This document shows, piece by piece, positions 1 to 11,780 of a DNA stretch of 64,000 bases (positions are counted from its first letter, which is position 1; each line of letters begins with the position of its first letter). The position numbers and the translations under genes are program-made. The notes beneath the pieces are model-generated. The model searched no databases. It saw nothing but the letters and a program-made list of their open reading frames with translations, and was not told where the DNA came from. The stretch lies in the NCBI GenBank assembly GCA_030841035.1, contig JAVEDI010000054.1, positions 5,048-69,047 on the forward strand, read 5' to 3'. Source of the DNA: Actinomycetota bacterium (GTDB taxonomy: Bacteria; Actinomycetota; Actinomycetes; JACCUZ01).

Positions 1-1010
1 CGTCGATCGAGTGGGCTCGGCGCAGCGGCAACCCGGATGCATGGCGCGAGTGGTGGCAGCCCGGCGATGCCGCCGACGCCTCGTCGTACTACTTCATGGG
101 CAAGGACAACATCGTCTTCCACTCGGTGATCTGGCCGGGCATCCTGCTCGGCTACGACGGCAAGGGTGCCCATGGTGGTGAGCCGGGCGAGCTCGGCGAG
201 CTCGGACTGCCGACCGAGGTGGTGTCGAGCGAGTACCTCACCATGGAGGGCCGCAAGTTCTCGTCGTCCCGCTCGGTCGTGATCTACGTGCGCGACTTCC
301 TGGAGCGGTACGACGCCGACGCGCTGCGCTACTTCATCGCGGTGGCGGGTCCGGAGACCCAGGACACCGACTTCACGTGGGCCGAGTTCCTGCGCCGTAC
401 CAACGACGAGCTCGTCGCCGGCTGGGGCAACCTGGTCAACCGCACGGTCTCGATGGCCGCCAAGAACCTCGGCGCCATCCCCGAGGCCGGCGAGCTGACA
501 GACGCCGACCGAGCGCTGCTCGACACCGTCGCGGCAGCCTTCGACTCGGTCGGTGCACTGCTCGAGAAGTCGCGACAGAAGAACGCCATCAACGAGGCGA
601 TGCGGGTCGTGGCCGAGGTGAACAAGTACATCTCCGACATGGCCCCGTGGAAGCTCCGTACGGAGGATCCCGCCCGCATGTCGACCGTGCTGCACGTCGC
701 GCTGCAGGCGGTGCGCGACTGCAACACTCTGCTGACGCCGTTCCTGCCCCACGCTGCGCAACAGGTGCACGAGCAGCTCGGCGGCACCGGCGTGTGGTCC
801 GGGCTACCGGAGGTCAGCGAGGTGTCCGAGGAGGGCAACGCCGGTTACCCCGTCATCACCGGCGACTACGCGGCCGCGCAGGCGCGCTGGCGGCGCACGC
901 CGATCGTCCCGGGCACGGCGCTCTCCGCCCCGACTCCCGTGTTCCGCAAGCTCGACCCCTCGATCGTCGAGGAGGAGCTGGCTCGCCTCGAGCAGAAGGC
1001 CGAGGCGTGA
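1..1010 (+). CDS. metG: methionyl-tRNA synthetase, C-terminal part (5' end lies upstream of the window)
   Basis: Frame of ORF 96..1010 stays open back to base 1. Translation shows the MetRS core ([13 protein letters not shown]; KMSKS-like 'KFSSS' loop) and anticodon-binding domain. tatD follows, as in mycobacteria. Confidence 0.85.
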   Translation, partial: SIEWARRSGNPDAWREWWQPGDAADASSYYFMGKDNIVFHSVIWPGILLGYDGKGAHGGEPGELGELGLPTEVVSSEYLTMEGRKFSSSRSVVIYVRDFLERYDADALRYFIAVAGPETQDTDFTWAEFLRRTNDELVAGWGNLVNRTVSMAAKNLGAIPEAGELTDADRALLDTVAAAFDSVGALLEKSRQKNAINEAMRVVAEVNKYISDMAPWKLRTEDPARMSTVLHVALQAVRDCNTLLTPFLPHAAQQVHEQLGGTGVWSGLPEVSEVSEEGNAGYPVITGDYAAAQARWRRTPIVPGTALSAPTPVFRKLDPSIVEEELARLEQKAEA

Positions 1011-1915
1011 CCGAGACGCGCGGCGCCGGCGACGGCTCCTCCAGCGACCGCCCGAACCGCGCGCGCCACGACGACGGCAGGCGCGACCGGTCGCGTCCTC
1101 CTGCGCCAGAGCCGCTGCGGGTGCCGGTGGCCGACAGCCACTGCCACCTCGACATAGCCGACCCGCCCGACGACTGGCTCGACGTCGACGCCGCCCTCGA
1201 GGCCTCGGCCGCTGTCGGCGTACCGAGGATCGTGCAGATCGGGTGTGACCGCGAGGGCGCCCGGTGGGCGGTGCGGACCGCGCAGCGGTACGACGCAGTG
1301 GTGGCGGGGGTCGCGCTGCACCCGAACGAGGTGCCGCGGCTGCACGCCGCGGGCGAGCTCGATGCCGCACTCGAGGAGATCGACGAGCTCGCCGCCGACC
1401 CGCGGGTGCGAGCCGTCGGCGAGACGGGGCTCGACCACTTCCGCACCGGCGAGGACGGCCGCGGGGTGCAGGAGGAGTCCTTCCGGGCCCACATCGAGAT
1501 GGCAAAACGACGGGACAAGGCGCTGGTCATCCACGACCGTGACGCCCACGCAGACGTGCTGCGCGTCCTCGAGGAGGCGGACGCGCCGGACCGCGTGGTG
1601 TTCCACTGCTTCTCGGGCGACGTCGAGATGGCGCGGCACTGCGCCGCCCGAGGCTGGTTCCTCTCGTTCGCGGGAACCGTGACGTTCAAGAACGCGGCCG
1701 GTCTGCGTGCGGCTCTCGCCGTCACCCCCCGGGAGCTGCTGTTGGTCGAGACCGATGCCCCCTATCTCACCCCGGCGCCCTACCGCGGCCGGCCCAACGG
1801 GTCCTACCTCATCCCGCTCACACTGCGCGCGATGGCGGATGTGCACCGGGTCGACGAGGACACCCTCGCGACAGCGGTCGCCGCCAACACCGAGCGGGTG
1901 TTCGGCTGCTGGTGA
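1007..1915 (+). CDS. tatD: TatD-family metal-dependent hydrolase/DNase
   Basis: GTG at 1007 overlaps the metG TGA (GTGA). The in-frame product contains the SHCHLD, TGLD and VETDAPYL motifs typical of TatD. The upstream Arg-rich part of ORF 377..1915 is an off-frame artefact. Confidence 0.85.
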   Translation: MTETRGAGDGSSSDRPNRARHDDGRRDRSRPPAPEPLRVPVADSHCHLDIADPPDDWLDVDAALEASAAVGVPRIVQIGCDREGARWAVRTAQRYDAVVAGVALHPNEVPRLHAAGELDAALEEIDELAADPRVRAVGETGLDHFRTGEDGRGVQEESFRAHIEMAKRRDKALVIHDRDAHADVLRVLEEADAPDRVVFHCFSGDVEMARHCAARGWFLSFAGTVTFKNAAGLRAALAVTPRELLLVETDAPYLTPAPYRGRPNGSYLIPLTLRAMADVHRVDEDTLATAVAANTERVFGCW

Positions 1916-2026
1916 GCGTGCGCTTTTGACTCCCGCGGGGGACGGTCGTTAGCGTTCCTTGCCTGGTGGCCCGGCCGCTTCGGCGCGTCCCGCCGCCGTG
2001 ACCTGTCCGTCGAGCCCGGGAGCGCT

Positions 2027-3121
2027 GTGCATCGCAGGCTGCTCACCCTGCTCGTCCAGGCGACCGTCGTGGTCGCCCTGGTGGTGGGCACGACGGCTTT
2101 CGTGAGGTCCGACAAGACGGTCACCCTCTCCCTCGACGGCCGGCAGCGCACGGTCACCACCTACGCCCGCACGGTGGGTGACGCGCTCGCGGCGGAGGGC
2201 ATCCACGTCGACAGCCATGACCTGGTCAGTCCGATGCCCGACCAGCGGCTGTCCGACGGCGACACCGTGGTCGTCCGCTACGGCCGGCCCGTCGTCCTCA
2301 CCGTCGATGGCGTGACCAGGTCCGTCTGGACGACGGCACGCGACGTCAACGAGGCGTTGCTCATGTTGGGCGTCCGCAACGAGGGTGCCTACGTCTCTGC
2401 CTCGCGCTCACGACGCATCAGCCGCACCGGCACGACCCTCGACGTGCGGCTGCCTCACGCGATGACCTTCCTGGTCGACGGCCACCGTCGCGAGGTCACG
2501 ACGACCGCCATCACGATCCGCAGTGCGATGGCCGACGCCGGCATCCAGCTGCGGGCCCGCGACCGCATCACGCCGAGCCTCGAGACGCGTCCGTCCGACG
2601 AGCAGGTCATCGGCATCACCCGTGTCGACGGCAAGCGCGTCGTCGAGGAGAAGCCGATCGCGTTCCGCACCATCGAGCGCAAGAGCAAGGCGCTGTTCGT
2701 CGGCACCCGCACGGTCGTGACCAAGGGCAAGGTCGGCATCCGGGTGCGCACGCTGCGGGAGACCTATCTCGACCGCCGGCTGGCCGAGCGCACGACGGTC
2801 GCCGAGCACGTCGCTACCGCTCCCGTCACTCAGGTGGTGCTGGTCGGCACCAAGAAGCTGCCCTCGAACGCGCCCACCGCCGACGGGCTCAACTGGGCCG
2901 CGCTCGCCAACTGCGAGGCGGGTGGCAACCCCCAGGCCTACAACCCCGCCGGACCGTTCTACGGGCTCTACCAGTTCATGGAGAGCACGTGGCACGCGGT
3001 CGGGGGCGTCGGGCTGCCCACGCAGGCGAGCCCCTCCGAGCAGACCTACCGCGCCCAGATCCTCTACCGGCGCAGCGGCGCGGGGCAGTGGCCGGTCTGC
3101 GGCCACTTCCTGTTCTCCTGA
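2027..3121 (+). CDS. rpfB: resuscitation-promoting factor RpfB-like (TM anchor, DUF348 repeats, G5, C-terminal Rpf lytic transglycosylase domain)
   Basis: N-terminal hydrophobic segment. The C-terminus has the Rpf signature ([31 protein letters not shown]). It lies between tatD and ksgA, as rpfB does in mycobacteria. Confidence 0.8.
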   Translation: MHRRLLTLLVQATVVVALVVGTTAFVRSDKTVTLSLDGRQRTVTTYARTVGDALAAEGIHVDSHDLVSPMPDQRLSDGDTVVVRYGRPVVLTVDGVTRSVWTTARDVNEALLMLGVRNEGAYVSASRSRRISRTGTTLDVRLPHAMTFLVDGHRREVTTTAITIRSAMADAGIQLRARDRITPSLETRPSDEQVIGITRVDGKRVVEEKPIAFRTIERKSKALFVGTRTVVTKGKVGIRVRTLRETYLDRRLAERTTVAEHVATAPVTQVVLVGTKKLPSNAPTADGLNWAALANCEAGGNPQAYNPAGPFYGLYQFMESTWHAVGGVGLPTQASPSEQTYRAQILYRRSGAGQWPVCGHFLFS

Positions 3122-3129
3122 TCGATCGA

Positions 3130-4005
3130 GTGACCGACCCGCTGCCTGCGCCCTCGGGCTTCCTGGGCCCTGCCGAGATCCGCGCGCTCGCCGCTGAGCT
3201 CGGCACCCGGCCGACCAAGACACTGGGCCAGAACTTCGTCATCGACGCCAACACCGTGCGGCGCATCGTGCGGAGCGCCGAGGTCGCTGCGGAGGACACC
3301 GTGCTGGAGGTAGGCCCCGGGCTCGGCTCGCTGACGCTGGGACTGCTGCCCGAAGTGGCGGGCGTGACCGCCATCGAGGTCGACCCTGTGCTCGCGGACG
3401 CGCTGCCGCGGACGGTGGCCCACCACGCGCCGGCGTACGCCGGGCGCCTCACGGTGGTCACCGCGGACGCGATGCGCGTCGACGCGCTGCCACCACCGGC
3501 GCCGACCGCGCTCGTGGCCAACCTCCCCTACAACGTCGCCGTCCCCGTGCTGCTGCACCTGCTGGAGCTGCTGCCCTCGCTGGAGCGGGGACTGGTGATG
3601 GTGCAGGCCGAGGTCGCTGATCGCCTGGCCGCCAGCCCCGGCAGCAAGGTCTACGGCGTGCCGTCGGTGAAGGTGGCGTGGTACGCCGAGGCGCGCCGCG
3701 CCGGCGCCGTAGGCCGCACCGTCTTCTGGCCGTCGCCGAACGTCGACTCGGGACTGGTGGCGTTGCGTCGGCGCCCGCCGCCCGACACGCGCGCGACCCG
3801 CCAGCAGGTGTTCGCGGTCGTGGACGCGGCTTTCGCCCAGCGGCGCAAGACGTTGCGGGCGGCGCTGCGCGGCTGGGCGGGGTCCGCGGACTCGGCCGAG
3901 CGGGTGCTGCGGGCCGCCGGCATCGAGCCCTCGGTGCGCGGTGAGATGCTCGGGGTGGCCGACTTCGCGCGCCTCGCCGACGCCGCGCTCGACGTCATCG
4001 GTTAG
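3130..4005 (+). CDS. rsmA: 16S rRNA (adenine1518/1519-N6)-dimethyltransferase
   Basis: Motifs LGQNFVID and [11 protein letters not shown] (SAM binding). The start is set at GTG 3130, just after the rpfB stop. The ORF-track start at 2989 overlaps rpfB and is unlikely. Confidence 0.88.
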   Translation: MTDPLPAPSGFLGPAEIRALAAELGTRPTKTLGQNFVIDANTVRRIVRSAEVAAEDTVLEVGPGLGSLTLGLLPEVAGVTAIEVDPVLADALPRTVAHHAPAYAGRLTVVTADAMRVDALPPPAPTALVANLPYNVAVPVLLHLLELLPSLERGLVMVQAEVADRLAASPGSKVYGVPSVKVAWYAEARRAGAVGRTVFWPSPNVDSGLVALRRRPPPDTRATRQQVFAVVDAAFAQRRKTLRAALRGWAGSADSAERVLRAAGIEPSVRGEMLGVADFARLADAALDVIG

Positions 4006-4048
4006 GGCACGGGGCGCCGGTTGCCGTCACGTCCCTAGGGTGTTGTGC

Positions 4049-4968
4049 ATGTCCTCCGTCGTCGCGGTCGCGCCCGCGAAGCTCAACCTCGCCCTGGCGG
4101 TGGGCGGACCGCGCAGTGACGGCTTCCACGAGGTGGCGACCGTCTACCACGCGGTCGGCCTGTACGACACGGTCACGGCGACGGACGGCGAGGGGCTGCG
4201 GGTCACGGTCGAGGGCGAGAAGGGGATCGCGGTCGAGGGGGTGCCGACCGACGCGAGCAACCTTGCTGCCCGGGCGGCGCAGTTGCTCGCCGACCGGAGC
4301 GGCCAGGAACCCGACGTGCATCTGCACATCCGCAAGGGCATCCCCGTCGCGGGCGGCATGGCCGGCGGTAGCGCAGATGCCGCCGCTGCGTTGCTCGCGT
4401 GCGACGCCCTGTGGGGCACTGGGCTGGCCCGGGCCGAGCTCGCCGCGCTGGCGGCCGGGCTCGGCAGCGACGTCCCGTTCGCGCTGCTGGGCGGCACGGC
4501 ACTGGGTCACGGGCGTGGTGAGCACTTGTCGCCGGTGCTGGCCCGGGGCCGCTTCGACTGGGTCTTCGCGGTGGCCGATGGTGGCCTGTCCACGCCGGCC
4601 GTCTATGCGGCGTGCGACCGGCTGCGCGAGGGCCGGGTGCTGCCGGAGCCGCGGGTCTCAGACGCGATGATGGCCGCGCTGCGGGCGGGCGACCCCGAGC
4701 AGCTCGGTGCGTCACTGGTCAACGACCTGCAGCCGGCCGCCTGCTCGTTGCGCCCACAGCTGCGCCAGACGCTCGAGGCGGGTGCCGACTGCGACGCGCT
4801 CGGCTCGCTGGTCTCCGGCAGCGGCCCCACGGTTGCCTTCCTCGCCCGCGACGGCGAGCACGCCCTCGACATCGCGGTCGGGCTCAGCGCGAGCGGCACC
4901 TGCCGGTCGGTCAAGCGGACCCACGGACCCGTGGGTGGCGTACGCCTCGTCGAGGGTGAGCCCGCGTA

Positions 4969-4969
<1 letters not shown>
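4049..4969 (+). CDS. ispE: 4-diphosphocytidyl-2-C-methyl-D-erythritol kinase
   Basis: APAKLNLALAVGGPRSDGFHEV and GHMP-kinase motif PVAGGMAGGSADAAAAL. ATG at 4049 is in frame with ORF 3941..4969. Confidence 0.88.
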
Positions 4970-6744
<1,775 letters not shown>

Positions 6745-6781
6745 GATCTCCGGTTCGTCACAGGGCGATACGCTCCCGCTC

Positions 6782-7495
6782 ATGTCCGTCGAGCTGGAGT
6801 GGGGGCCGGTCGGCGCCAAGGTCCTCTCCGAGTCCTGCGACGTCCTGGTGATCATCGACGTGCTGTCCTTCACGACCGCCGTCACGGTCGCGATCGAGCG
6901 GGGCGCCCGGGTGTGGCCGCACACCGGCGGCGAGAACGCGGGTGCGCTGGCACGCGACATCGGCGCCGTGCTGGCGGGCAACCGGGGTTCGCACAGCGGG
7001 CTGACGCTCTCGCCCGCAAGCCTGCTCGACATCGGCGCGGACACCCGGCTCGTGCTGCCCTCGCCCAACGGCTCCGCGATCGCCTACGCGGCCGTCAACG
7101 GCGGTGTCACGGCCATCAACGGCGGTGTCACCGTGGTTGCCGGCTGCCTGCGCAACGCCAGCGCGGTGGGCAGGTGGCTGCGCGACTACGAGCGCATCGG
7201 CGTCGTGCCCGCCGGCGAGCAGTGGGGCGACGGGTCGCTGCGACCGGCCTACGAGGACCTGGTCGGAGCGGGGGCGGTGATCGACCGCATCGTCGCCGCC
7301 GACCCGCAGGTGCAGCTCTCGCCCGAGGCCGAGGCGGCCGCGATCGCCTACCGCGCCCTGCGCCCGCTCGAGCAGTGCCCGTCAGGACGCGAACTGGTCG
7401 AGCGAGGCTTTGCCGAGGACGTGCGCATCGCAGCGGAGGTCGACACGTCACGGGTCGTGCCGCGGCTCACCGAAGGCCGCTTCGTCTCGGCATGA
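6782..7495 (+). CDS. 2-phosphosulfolactate phosphatase (ComB) family protein
   Basis: N-terminal VLVIIDVLSFTTAVTVAIERGA resembles the ComB family. ATG 6782 is in frame with ORF 6509..7495. The family call rests on sequence recognition only. Confidence 0.5.
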   Translation: MSVELEWGPVGAKVLSESCDVLVIIDVLSFTTAVTVAIERGARVWPHTGGENAGALARDIGAVLAGNRGSHSGLTLSPASLLDIGADTRLVLPSPNGSAIAYAAVNGGVTAINGGVTVVAGCLRNASAVGRWLRDYERIGVVPAGEQWGDGSLRPAYEDLVGAGAVIDRIVAADPQVQLSPEAEAAAIAYRALRPLEQCPSGRELVERGFAEDVRIAAEVDTSRVVPRLTEGRFVSA

Positions 7496-7503
7496 CGGGG
7501 GGG

Positions 7504-7995
7504 TCAGTCCGCCTCGAACGGGATGACCAGGGTGCGCAGCAGGCCCGAGAGCTGCTCCTGCTGGCGCGCCGAGAGCGTCGCGAGCAGGGCCTCCTCCCGG
7601 GCCAGGAGGTCGGCCAGCGCCGAGTCGACCCCTTCCTTGCCGCGGGTCGTGAGTCGGACCCGCACGCCCCGCCGGTCGGTGAGGTCCGGCTCGCGCGTCA
7701 CGAAGCCGCGGGCCTCCAGGCGGTCGATGCGGTTGGTCATCGTGCCCGAGGTGACCATGGTCTGGGCGACCAGCACGCCGGGGGAGAGCAGATACGGCCG
7801 GCCGGCCCGACGCAGCGCGGCCAGGACGTCGAACTCCCACACCTCCAGGCCGTGCGCGGCGAACGCGGTGCTGCGGGCGCGGTCGAGGTGCCGGGCCAGC
7901 CGGGTCAGCCGGCTGAGCACCTCGAGTGGCCGTACGTCGAGGTCGGGTCGCTCGCGTGCCCAGGCCGCGACCAGCCGGTCGACCTCGTCCTGCAC
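7504..7995 (-). CDS. MarR-family transcriptional regulator
   Basis: Winged-helix MarR core (LSRLTRLARHL...GFVTREPDLTDRRGVRVRLT). The start is reassigned to GTG at 7995, which is preceded 8 nt upstream by AGGAGG. The track start at 8079 would place a perfect palindromic operator inside the ORF. Confidence 0.75.
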   Translation of the reverse strand: MQDEVDRLVAAWARERPDLDVRPLEVLSRLTRLARHLDRARSTAFAAHGLEVWEFDVLAALRRAGRPYLLSPGVLVAQTMVTSGTMTNRIDRLEARGFVTREPDLTDRRGVRVRLTTRGKEGVDSALADLLAREEALLATLSARQQEQLSGLLRTLVIPFEAD

Positions 7996-8048
7996 TGCCG
8001 CCACCTCCTGCCCGTCTCCGGGGCGATCAAGATTATCGAAGCCAAGTC

Positions 8049-8062
8049 TCTTGACATCAAGA
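8049..8062. promoter_or_regulatory. perfect 14-bp palindrome TCTTGAcaTCAAGA (putative MarR operator) in the marR-tam divergent region
   Basis: Read directly. Overlaps a TTGACA hexamer (8051-8056) and, on the minus strand, the -35 of a candidate marR promoter (TTGATG, 19-nt spacer, TAATCT at 8035..8030). Further TCAAG half-sites at 8027 and 8091. Confidence 0.5.
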
Positions 8063-8128
8063 CTTCTCCTGCCCAGCATGTTTACCTCGACGTCAAGTTA
8101 CTTCGCCGGGGCGAGGGAGACACCAGTG

Positions 8129-8917
8129 ATGTGGGACGCCACCGAGTACCTCCGGTTCGCCGGTCACCGCGGCCGGCCGTTCCTCGACCTGGTGGCCCGC
8201 GTCCCTGCCGAGGCGCCCGCCAGCATCGTGGACCTGGGCTGCGGGCCGGGGAACATGACGGTGACCCTGGCCGAGCGGTGGCCCGAGGCCAGCGTGGAGG
8301 GCGTCGACTCCTCGGCAGAGATGATCGAGCGGGCCCGGACCGATCACGGCGCCGCGGCCGACGGGCGCGTCCGCTTCACCCGTGCAGACCTGCGCGACTG
8401 GTCGCCCACCGACCCGGTCGACCTGCTGATGTCGAATGCGACCTTCCAGTGGGTGCCCGGTCACCTGGAGCTGCTTGCGCAGCTGGTGGCAGGGGTTCGC
8501 CCGGGCGGCTGGTTCGCGTTCCAGGTCCCGGGCAACTTCGGCGAGCCGAGCCACACCGAGCTGGCGGCCGTCTGCGAGCAACCCCGCTGGCGCGAGCGGT
8601 TCGCGGGAGCCGAGCTGGCCAGGCCGTGGGTCGCCGAGCCCATCGAGTACCTCGAGCGGCTGACGGCGCTCGGCGCCGAGGTCGACGTATGGGAGACGAC
8701 GTACCTGCACGTCCTGCAGGGCGAGGACGCCGTGCTGCGGTGGATCTCCGGCACCGGCCTGCGGCCGGTGCTCGACGTGCTCGATGAGCAGGAGCAGGCG
8801 CAGTTCACTGCCGACTACGGCGCCCGGCTGCGAGCGGCCTACCCGCAGCAGGGCTTCGGCACCGTGCTTCCCTACCGGCGGATCTTCGCGGTCGCCCAGG
8901 TCGGCGGGGTCGCGTGA
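8129..8917 (+). CDS. tam: trans-aconitate 2-methyltransferase-like SAM-dependent methyltransferase
   Basis: Close resemblance to E. coli Tam (VDLGCGPGNMT...ATFQWVP...WETTYLHVL). ATG 8129 follows GAGGGAGA. Divergent from marR. Confidence 0.78.
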   Translation: MWDATEYLRFAGHRGRPFLDLVARVPAEAPASIVDLGCGPGNMTVTLAERWPEASVEGVDSSAEMIERARTDHGAAADGRVRFTRADLRDWSPTDPVDLLMSNATFQWVPGHLELLAQLVAGVRPGGWFAFQVPGNFGEPSHTELAAVCEQPRWRERFAGAELARPWVAEPIEYLERLTALGAEVDVWETTYLHVLQGEDAVLRWISGTGLRPVLDVLDEQEQAQFTADYGARLRAAYPQQGFGTVLPYRRIFAVAQVGGVA

Positions 8918-9297
8918 GCGGCTTGGTCGGCCTGCACCACGTGCAGCTGGCCGCGCCTGCGGGCTGCGAGGAGCGGCTGCGTTGGTTCTACGGCACGGTC
9001 CTCGGCATGACCGAGCTGACCAAGCCGCCGGCGCTCGCCGGGCGTGGCGGGGTGTGGTTCCGGGCCGGAGCGCACGAGCTGCACCTGGGCATCGAGGTCG
9101 ACTTCCGTCCCGCCCGCAAGGCCCACCCGGGCATGCTGGTCGAAGGGCTCGACGCCGTCGCGCAACGGCTCACCAAGCACGGCGTCGAGGTGGAGTGGGA
9201 CGAGCTGTTCCCCGGCTTCCGGCGCTGCTACGTCGCCGACCCCTGCGGCAACCGCCTGGAGCTGCTCGAGCCGCGCGAGCCGTCCGGCGACGCCTGA
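8914..9297 (+). CDS. VOC/glyoxalase-bleomycin resistance family protein
   Basis: Small product of about 127 aa with a VOC fold pattern (HHVQLA...ELHLG...DPCGNRLELLE). GTG start overlaps the tam stop. Confidence 0.65.
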   Translation: MSGLVGLHHVQLAAPAGCEERLRWFYGTVLGMTELTKPPALAGRGGVWFRAGAHELHLGIEVDFRPARKAHPGMLVEGLDAVAQRLTKHGVEVEWDELFPGFRRCYVADPCGNRLELLEPREPSGDA

Positions 9298-9932
9298 GGG
9301 GCAGCTCGAGCCGCCGCCTGGCGACCTGTCTCGTCGCCGTGCAGGCCTGGCCTGGCCTCCAGGCCGGACAGGCCGTTCCACGCGAGGTTGACCAGGTGGG
9401 CGGCGACGTCGGCCTTCTTGGGCCGGCGCGCATCCAGCCACCACTGACCGGTGAGGGCCACCATGCCGACGAGCATCTGTGCGTACATCGGCGCGTGCTC
9501 GGTGTCGAAGCCGCGCGCTTTGAACTGGTTGGCCATGATGTGCTCGACCTGGGTCGCCGCGTCGCTGATCAGTGACGCGAAGGAGCCGGTCGCCTGGGCG
9601 ACGGGCGAGTCGCGGACCAGGATGCGGAAGCCGTCGCTGGAGGTCTCGACGTAGTCCAGCAAGGCCAGGGCCGCGCGCTCGAGCAGCTCACGCGGCCGAC
9701 CGGTGCTGGTCAGTGCGCCGGTGATGGCATCGAGCAGCGCACTCATCTCGCGGTCCACCACAACGGCGTACAACCCCTCCTTGCCGCCGAAGTGCTCGTA
9801 CACGACCGGCTTGGAGACTCCCGCCTTCTGCGCGATCTCCTCGACGGACGTCGCGTCGAAGCCCTTCTGCGCGAACAATGACCGGCCGATGTCGAGCAGC
9901 TGCTCGCGGCGCTGCTTGCCGGTCATCCGCAT
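9228..9932 (-). CDS. TetR-family transcriptional regulator
   Basis: N-terminal HTH (RREQLLDIGRSLFAQKGFDATSVEEIAQKAGVSKPVVYEHFGGKEGLY). Start taken at MRMTGKQ. Long low-complexity C-terminal tail. Lies downstream of the desaturase on the same strand. Confidence 0.75.
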   Translation of the reverse strand: MRMTGKQRREQLLDIGRSLFAQKGFDATSVEEIAQKAGVSKPVVYEHFGGKEGLYAVVVDREMSALLDAITGALTSTGRPRELLERAALALLDYVETSSDGFRILVRDSPVAQATGSFASLISDAATQVEHIMANQFKARGFDTEHAPMYAQMLVGMVALTGQWWLDARRPKKADVAAHLVNLAWNGLSGLEARPGLHGDETGRQAAARAAPQASPDGSRGSSSSRRLPQGSAT

Positions 9933-10033
9933 GCGGACATCGGGCTTGGCGACCTGCTCGGCGGCGTTGCCCGCGGTCTTGGCGCTCGCGAACGTCCCCG
10001 GTCGGGCCACCCGGCCGTCGTGCCCCGTGGCCA

Positions 10034-10981
10034 TCAAGCGGCTCGGCGTGCGTCGAGGCGCTCCTGGTCGGGCCACCGCACGTCGTAGGCCCACCCGCAG
10101 GTCTCGAACAGCTGGATCACCCGGGCACCGGAGTCGACCTGCCCCGTGAGTACGCCGGTGCGGGCGCACGTGGGGTCGGCGTGGTGCAGGTTGTGCCACG
10201 ACTCGCCCATCGAGAGCACGGCCAGCCACCAGACGTTGCCCGCGCGGTCGCGGCTCTCGAACGGCCGCTCGCCCATCGCGTGGCAGATCGAGTTGATCGA
10301 CCAGGTGACGTGGTGCAGCAACCCGACCCGCACCAGGCTCGCCCAGAAGAACGAGGTCAGCGCACCGTGCCACGACCAGGTCATCAGTCCACCCAGGATC
10401 GGCGGCACAGCGAGGGAGGCCGCGGCCAGCACGGGGAACGCGCGGCTGACGCGCACGATGTCGGGGTCGTTGAGCAGGTCCGGCGCGTACTGACGCTGCG
10501 GGGTCTGCTCGGGGTCGAACAACCAGCCCATGTGCGCGTGCCAGAGTCCCTTCACCAGCGCCGGCACGGTCTCGCCGTAGCGCCATGGCGAGTGCGGGTC
10601 GCCGTCCTTGTCGGAGAACTTGTGGTGCTTGCGGTGGTCGGCCACCCAGCGGATCGCCGGGCCCTCGATGGCCAGGCTGCCCGCGACGGCGAGCCCGACG
10701 CGCAGCGGGCGCTTGGCCTTGAACGAGCCGTGGGTCAGGTACCGGTGGAAGCCGACCGTGATGCCGTGGCCCGCGACGGCGTACATCACGAAGGACAGCA
10801 CGACGTCGTGCCAGCCCAGCCAGCCGCCCCAGGCCACCGGGATGGCGAGCACGATCGCGGCGAAGGGCACCGCGACGAAGGCGACCAGCGCCACCTGCTC
10901 GGCCAGCCCCTTGCGTTCACCGCCCCGCGTGCCCGCGGGCAGGGGGTGAGCTCGGTCGGTGGTCGTGGCGGGAGGGGTCAT
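10034..10981 (-). CDS. acyl-CoA (stearoyl-CoA-type) membrane fatty-acid desaturase
   Basis: Three His boxes (HRYLTH; HRKHHKF; HNLHHADP) and membrane-spanning segments. Confidence 0.85.
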   Translation of the reverse strand: MTPPATTTDRAHPLPAGTRGGERKGLAEQVALVAFVAVPFAAIVLAIPVAWGGWLGWHDVVLSFVMYAVAGHGITVGFHRYLTHGSFKAKRPLRVGLAVAGSLAIEGPAIRWVADHRKHHKFSDKDGDPHSPWRYGETVPALVKGLWHAHMGWLFDPEQTPQRQYAPDLLNDPDIVRVSRAFPVLAAASLAVPPILGGLMTWSWHGALTSFFWASLVRVGLLHHVTWSINSICHAMGERPFESRDRAGNVWWLAVLSMGESWHNLHHADPTCARTGVLTGQVDSGARVIQLFETCGWAYDVRWPDQERLDARRAA

Positions 10982-11028
10982 GGGATGCGGCCTCGGCTCC
11001 TGGGACGGGAGGGTGTTTACGCCACCGT

Positions 11029-11048
11029 AACCTACGCTTGCGTAAGTT
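11029..11048. promoter_or_regulatory. imperfect 20-bp palindrome AACCTACGCTTGCGTAAGTT (16/20 symmetric) upstream of the desaturase-TetR operon; putative TetR operator
   Basis: Read directly from the 86-nt region upstream of the desaturase start. A nested inverted repeat TTACgccaccGTAA lies at 11017-11030. Confidence 0.45.
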
Positions 11049-11066
11049 GGGGCCCGCCGGGTCGGG

Positions 11067-11489
11067 TCAGGCCCGCTCGGTCAGCACGACGGCGACCAGC
11101 ACGCCGTAGGTCGACGAGCGGCTGCGTCGGATCAGCAGGTCGACCGGCCGTCGGTCGATGCGCTTGGTGCCGGTCCAGGTGCCGTTGGCCGCCTCGGTGA
11201 CCCGCCAGCCGTCGTTGCCGGCCTGCTCCGCGGCGGCCGCGAGGTCGCGGCCGGTGACCCGGCCGGCCCGTGCCTTCAGCAGTCGCGTCAGGGTCGCGGG
11301 CTGACGGGTGCCCAGCGATGTGAAACCGATCTGCCCGAACAGCTGCGTCTCGGCCAGCCCGGCGATGTCGTGGGTGACGAGCGGGTCGGAGCGCAGCTTC
11401 GCGACCTGCGGGTCACCGCTGCTGCAGCCCGTCACGAGCGAGATCGCGAGCATGGCGCCGACGAGGCCGAGCGAGGTGCGGCGACTCAT
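11067..11489 (-). CDS. putative lipoprotein
   Basis: Signal peptide with lipobox (MSRRTSLGLVGAMLAISLVTGC). Start moved to the internal Met. Position matches lpqT in the mycobacterial order. Confidence 0.5.
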   Translation of the reverse strand: MSRRTSLGLVGAMLAISLVTGCSSGDPQVAKLRSDPLVTHDIAGLAETQLFGQIGFTSLGTRQPATLTRLLKARAGRVTGRDLAAAAEQAGNDGWRVTEAANGTWTGTKRIDRRPVDLLIRRSRSSTYGVLVAVVLTERA

Positions 11490-11582
11490 GGTGACCTCAC
11501 TGAACCACCGTGGGAACCGCTCGCGCAAACCGTCGGGCTCTCGCGGCCCGTCCTACCGTCTAGCCTGGACCCGCCTGTCCGG

Positions 11583-11653
11583 TCCCGGGTCGTCCAATGG
11601 CAGGACGCTAGCCTTTGGAGCTAGTTATCGAGGTTCGAACCCTCGCCCGGGAG
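11583..11653 (+). tRNA. glnU: tRNA-Gln (anticodon TTG)
   Basis: Cloverleaf by hand: acceptor TCCCGGG/CCCGGGA, D-arm GTCC-aatggca-GGAC, anticodon arm CTAGC-cTTTGGa-GCTAG, T-arm CGAGG-TTCGAAC-CCTCG, discriminator G. Sits upstream of glmU as in mycobacteria. Confidence 0.78.
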
Positions 11654-11780
11654 CCTTCTGTCCCGGCGTCGCGCCCGACGTCGCGCCACGTCCCGCGCGC
11701 CTGGACGTGACGCGCGCGCAGTGTGCCGGGCAGGTATCGTGAGGCACGCCCCCGACCGCCTCGCCCAGGAGCGCTCCCGC

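Noticed and set aside
377-1725. Long Arg/Pro/Ala-rich ORFs overlapping metG and tatD on both strands (377..1915 N-terminal part, 804..1505 -, 856..1725 -, 866..1846 -). Similar ones overlap most real genes, for example 4603..7068 -, 11625..13259 -, 20449..24117 - and 58371..59951 -.
   Set aside because: Their composition is the signature of off-frame reading of 70%+ GC coding DNA. Each is fully covered by a gene with recognisable motifs in another frame.
1916-2026. Possible c-di-AMP (ydaO) riboswitch upstream of rpfB
   Set aside because: The 111-nt gap is short and shows no recognisable ydaO core helices by eye. Not supported without a CM search.
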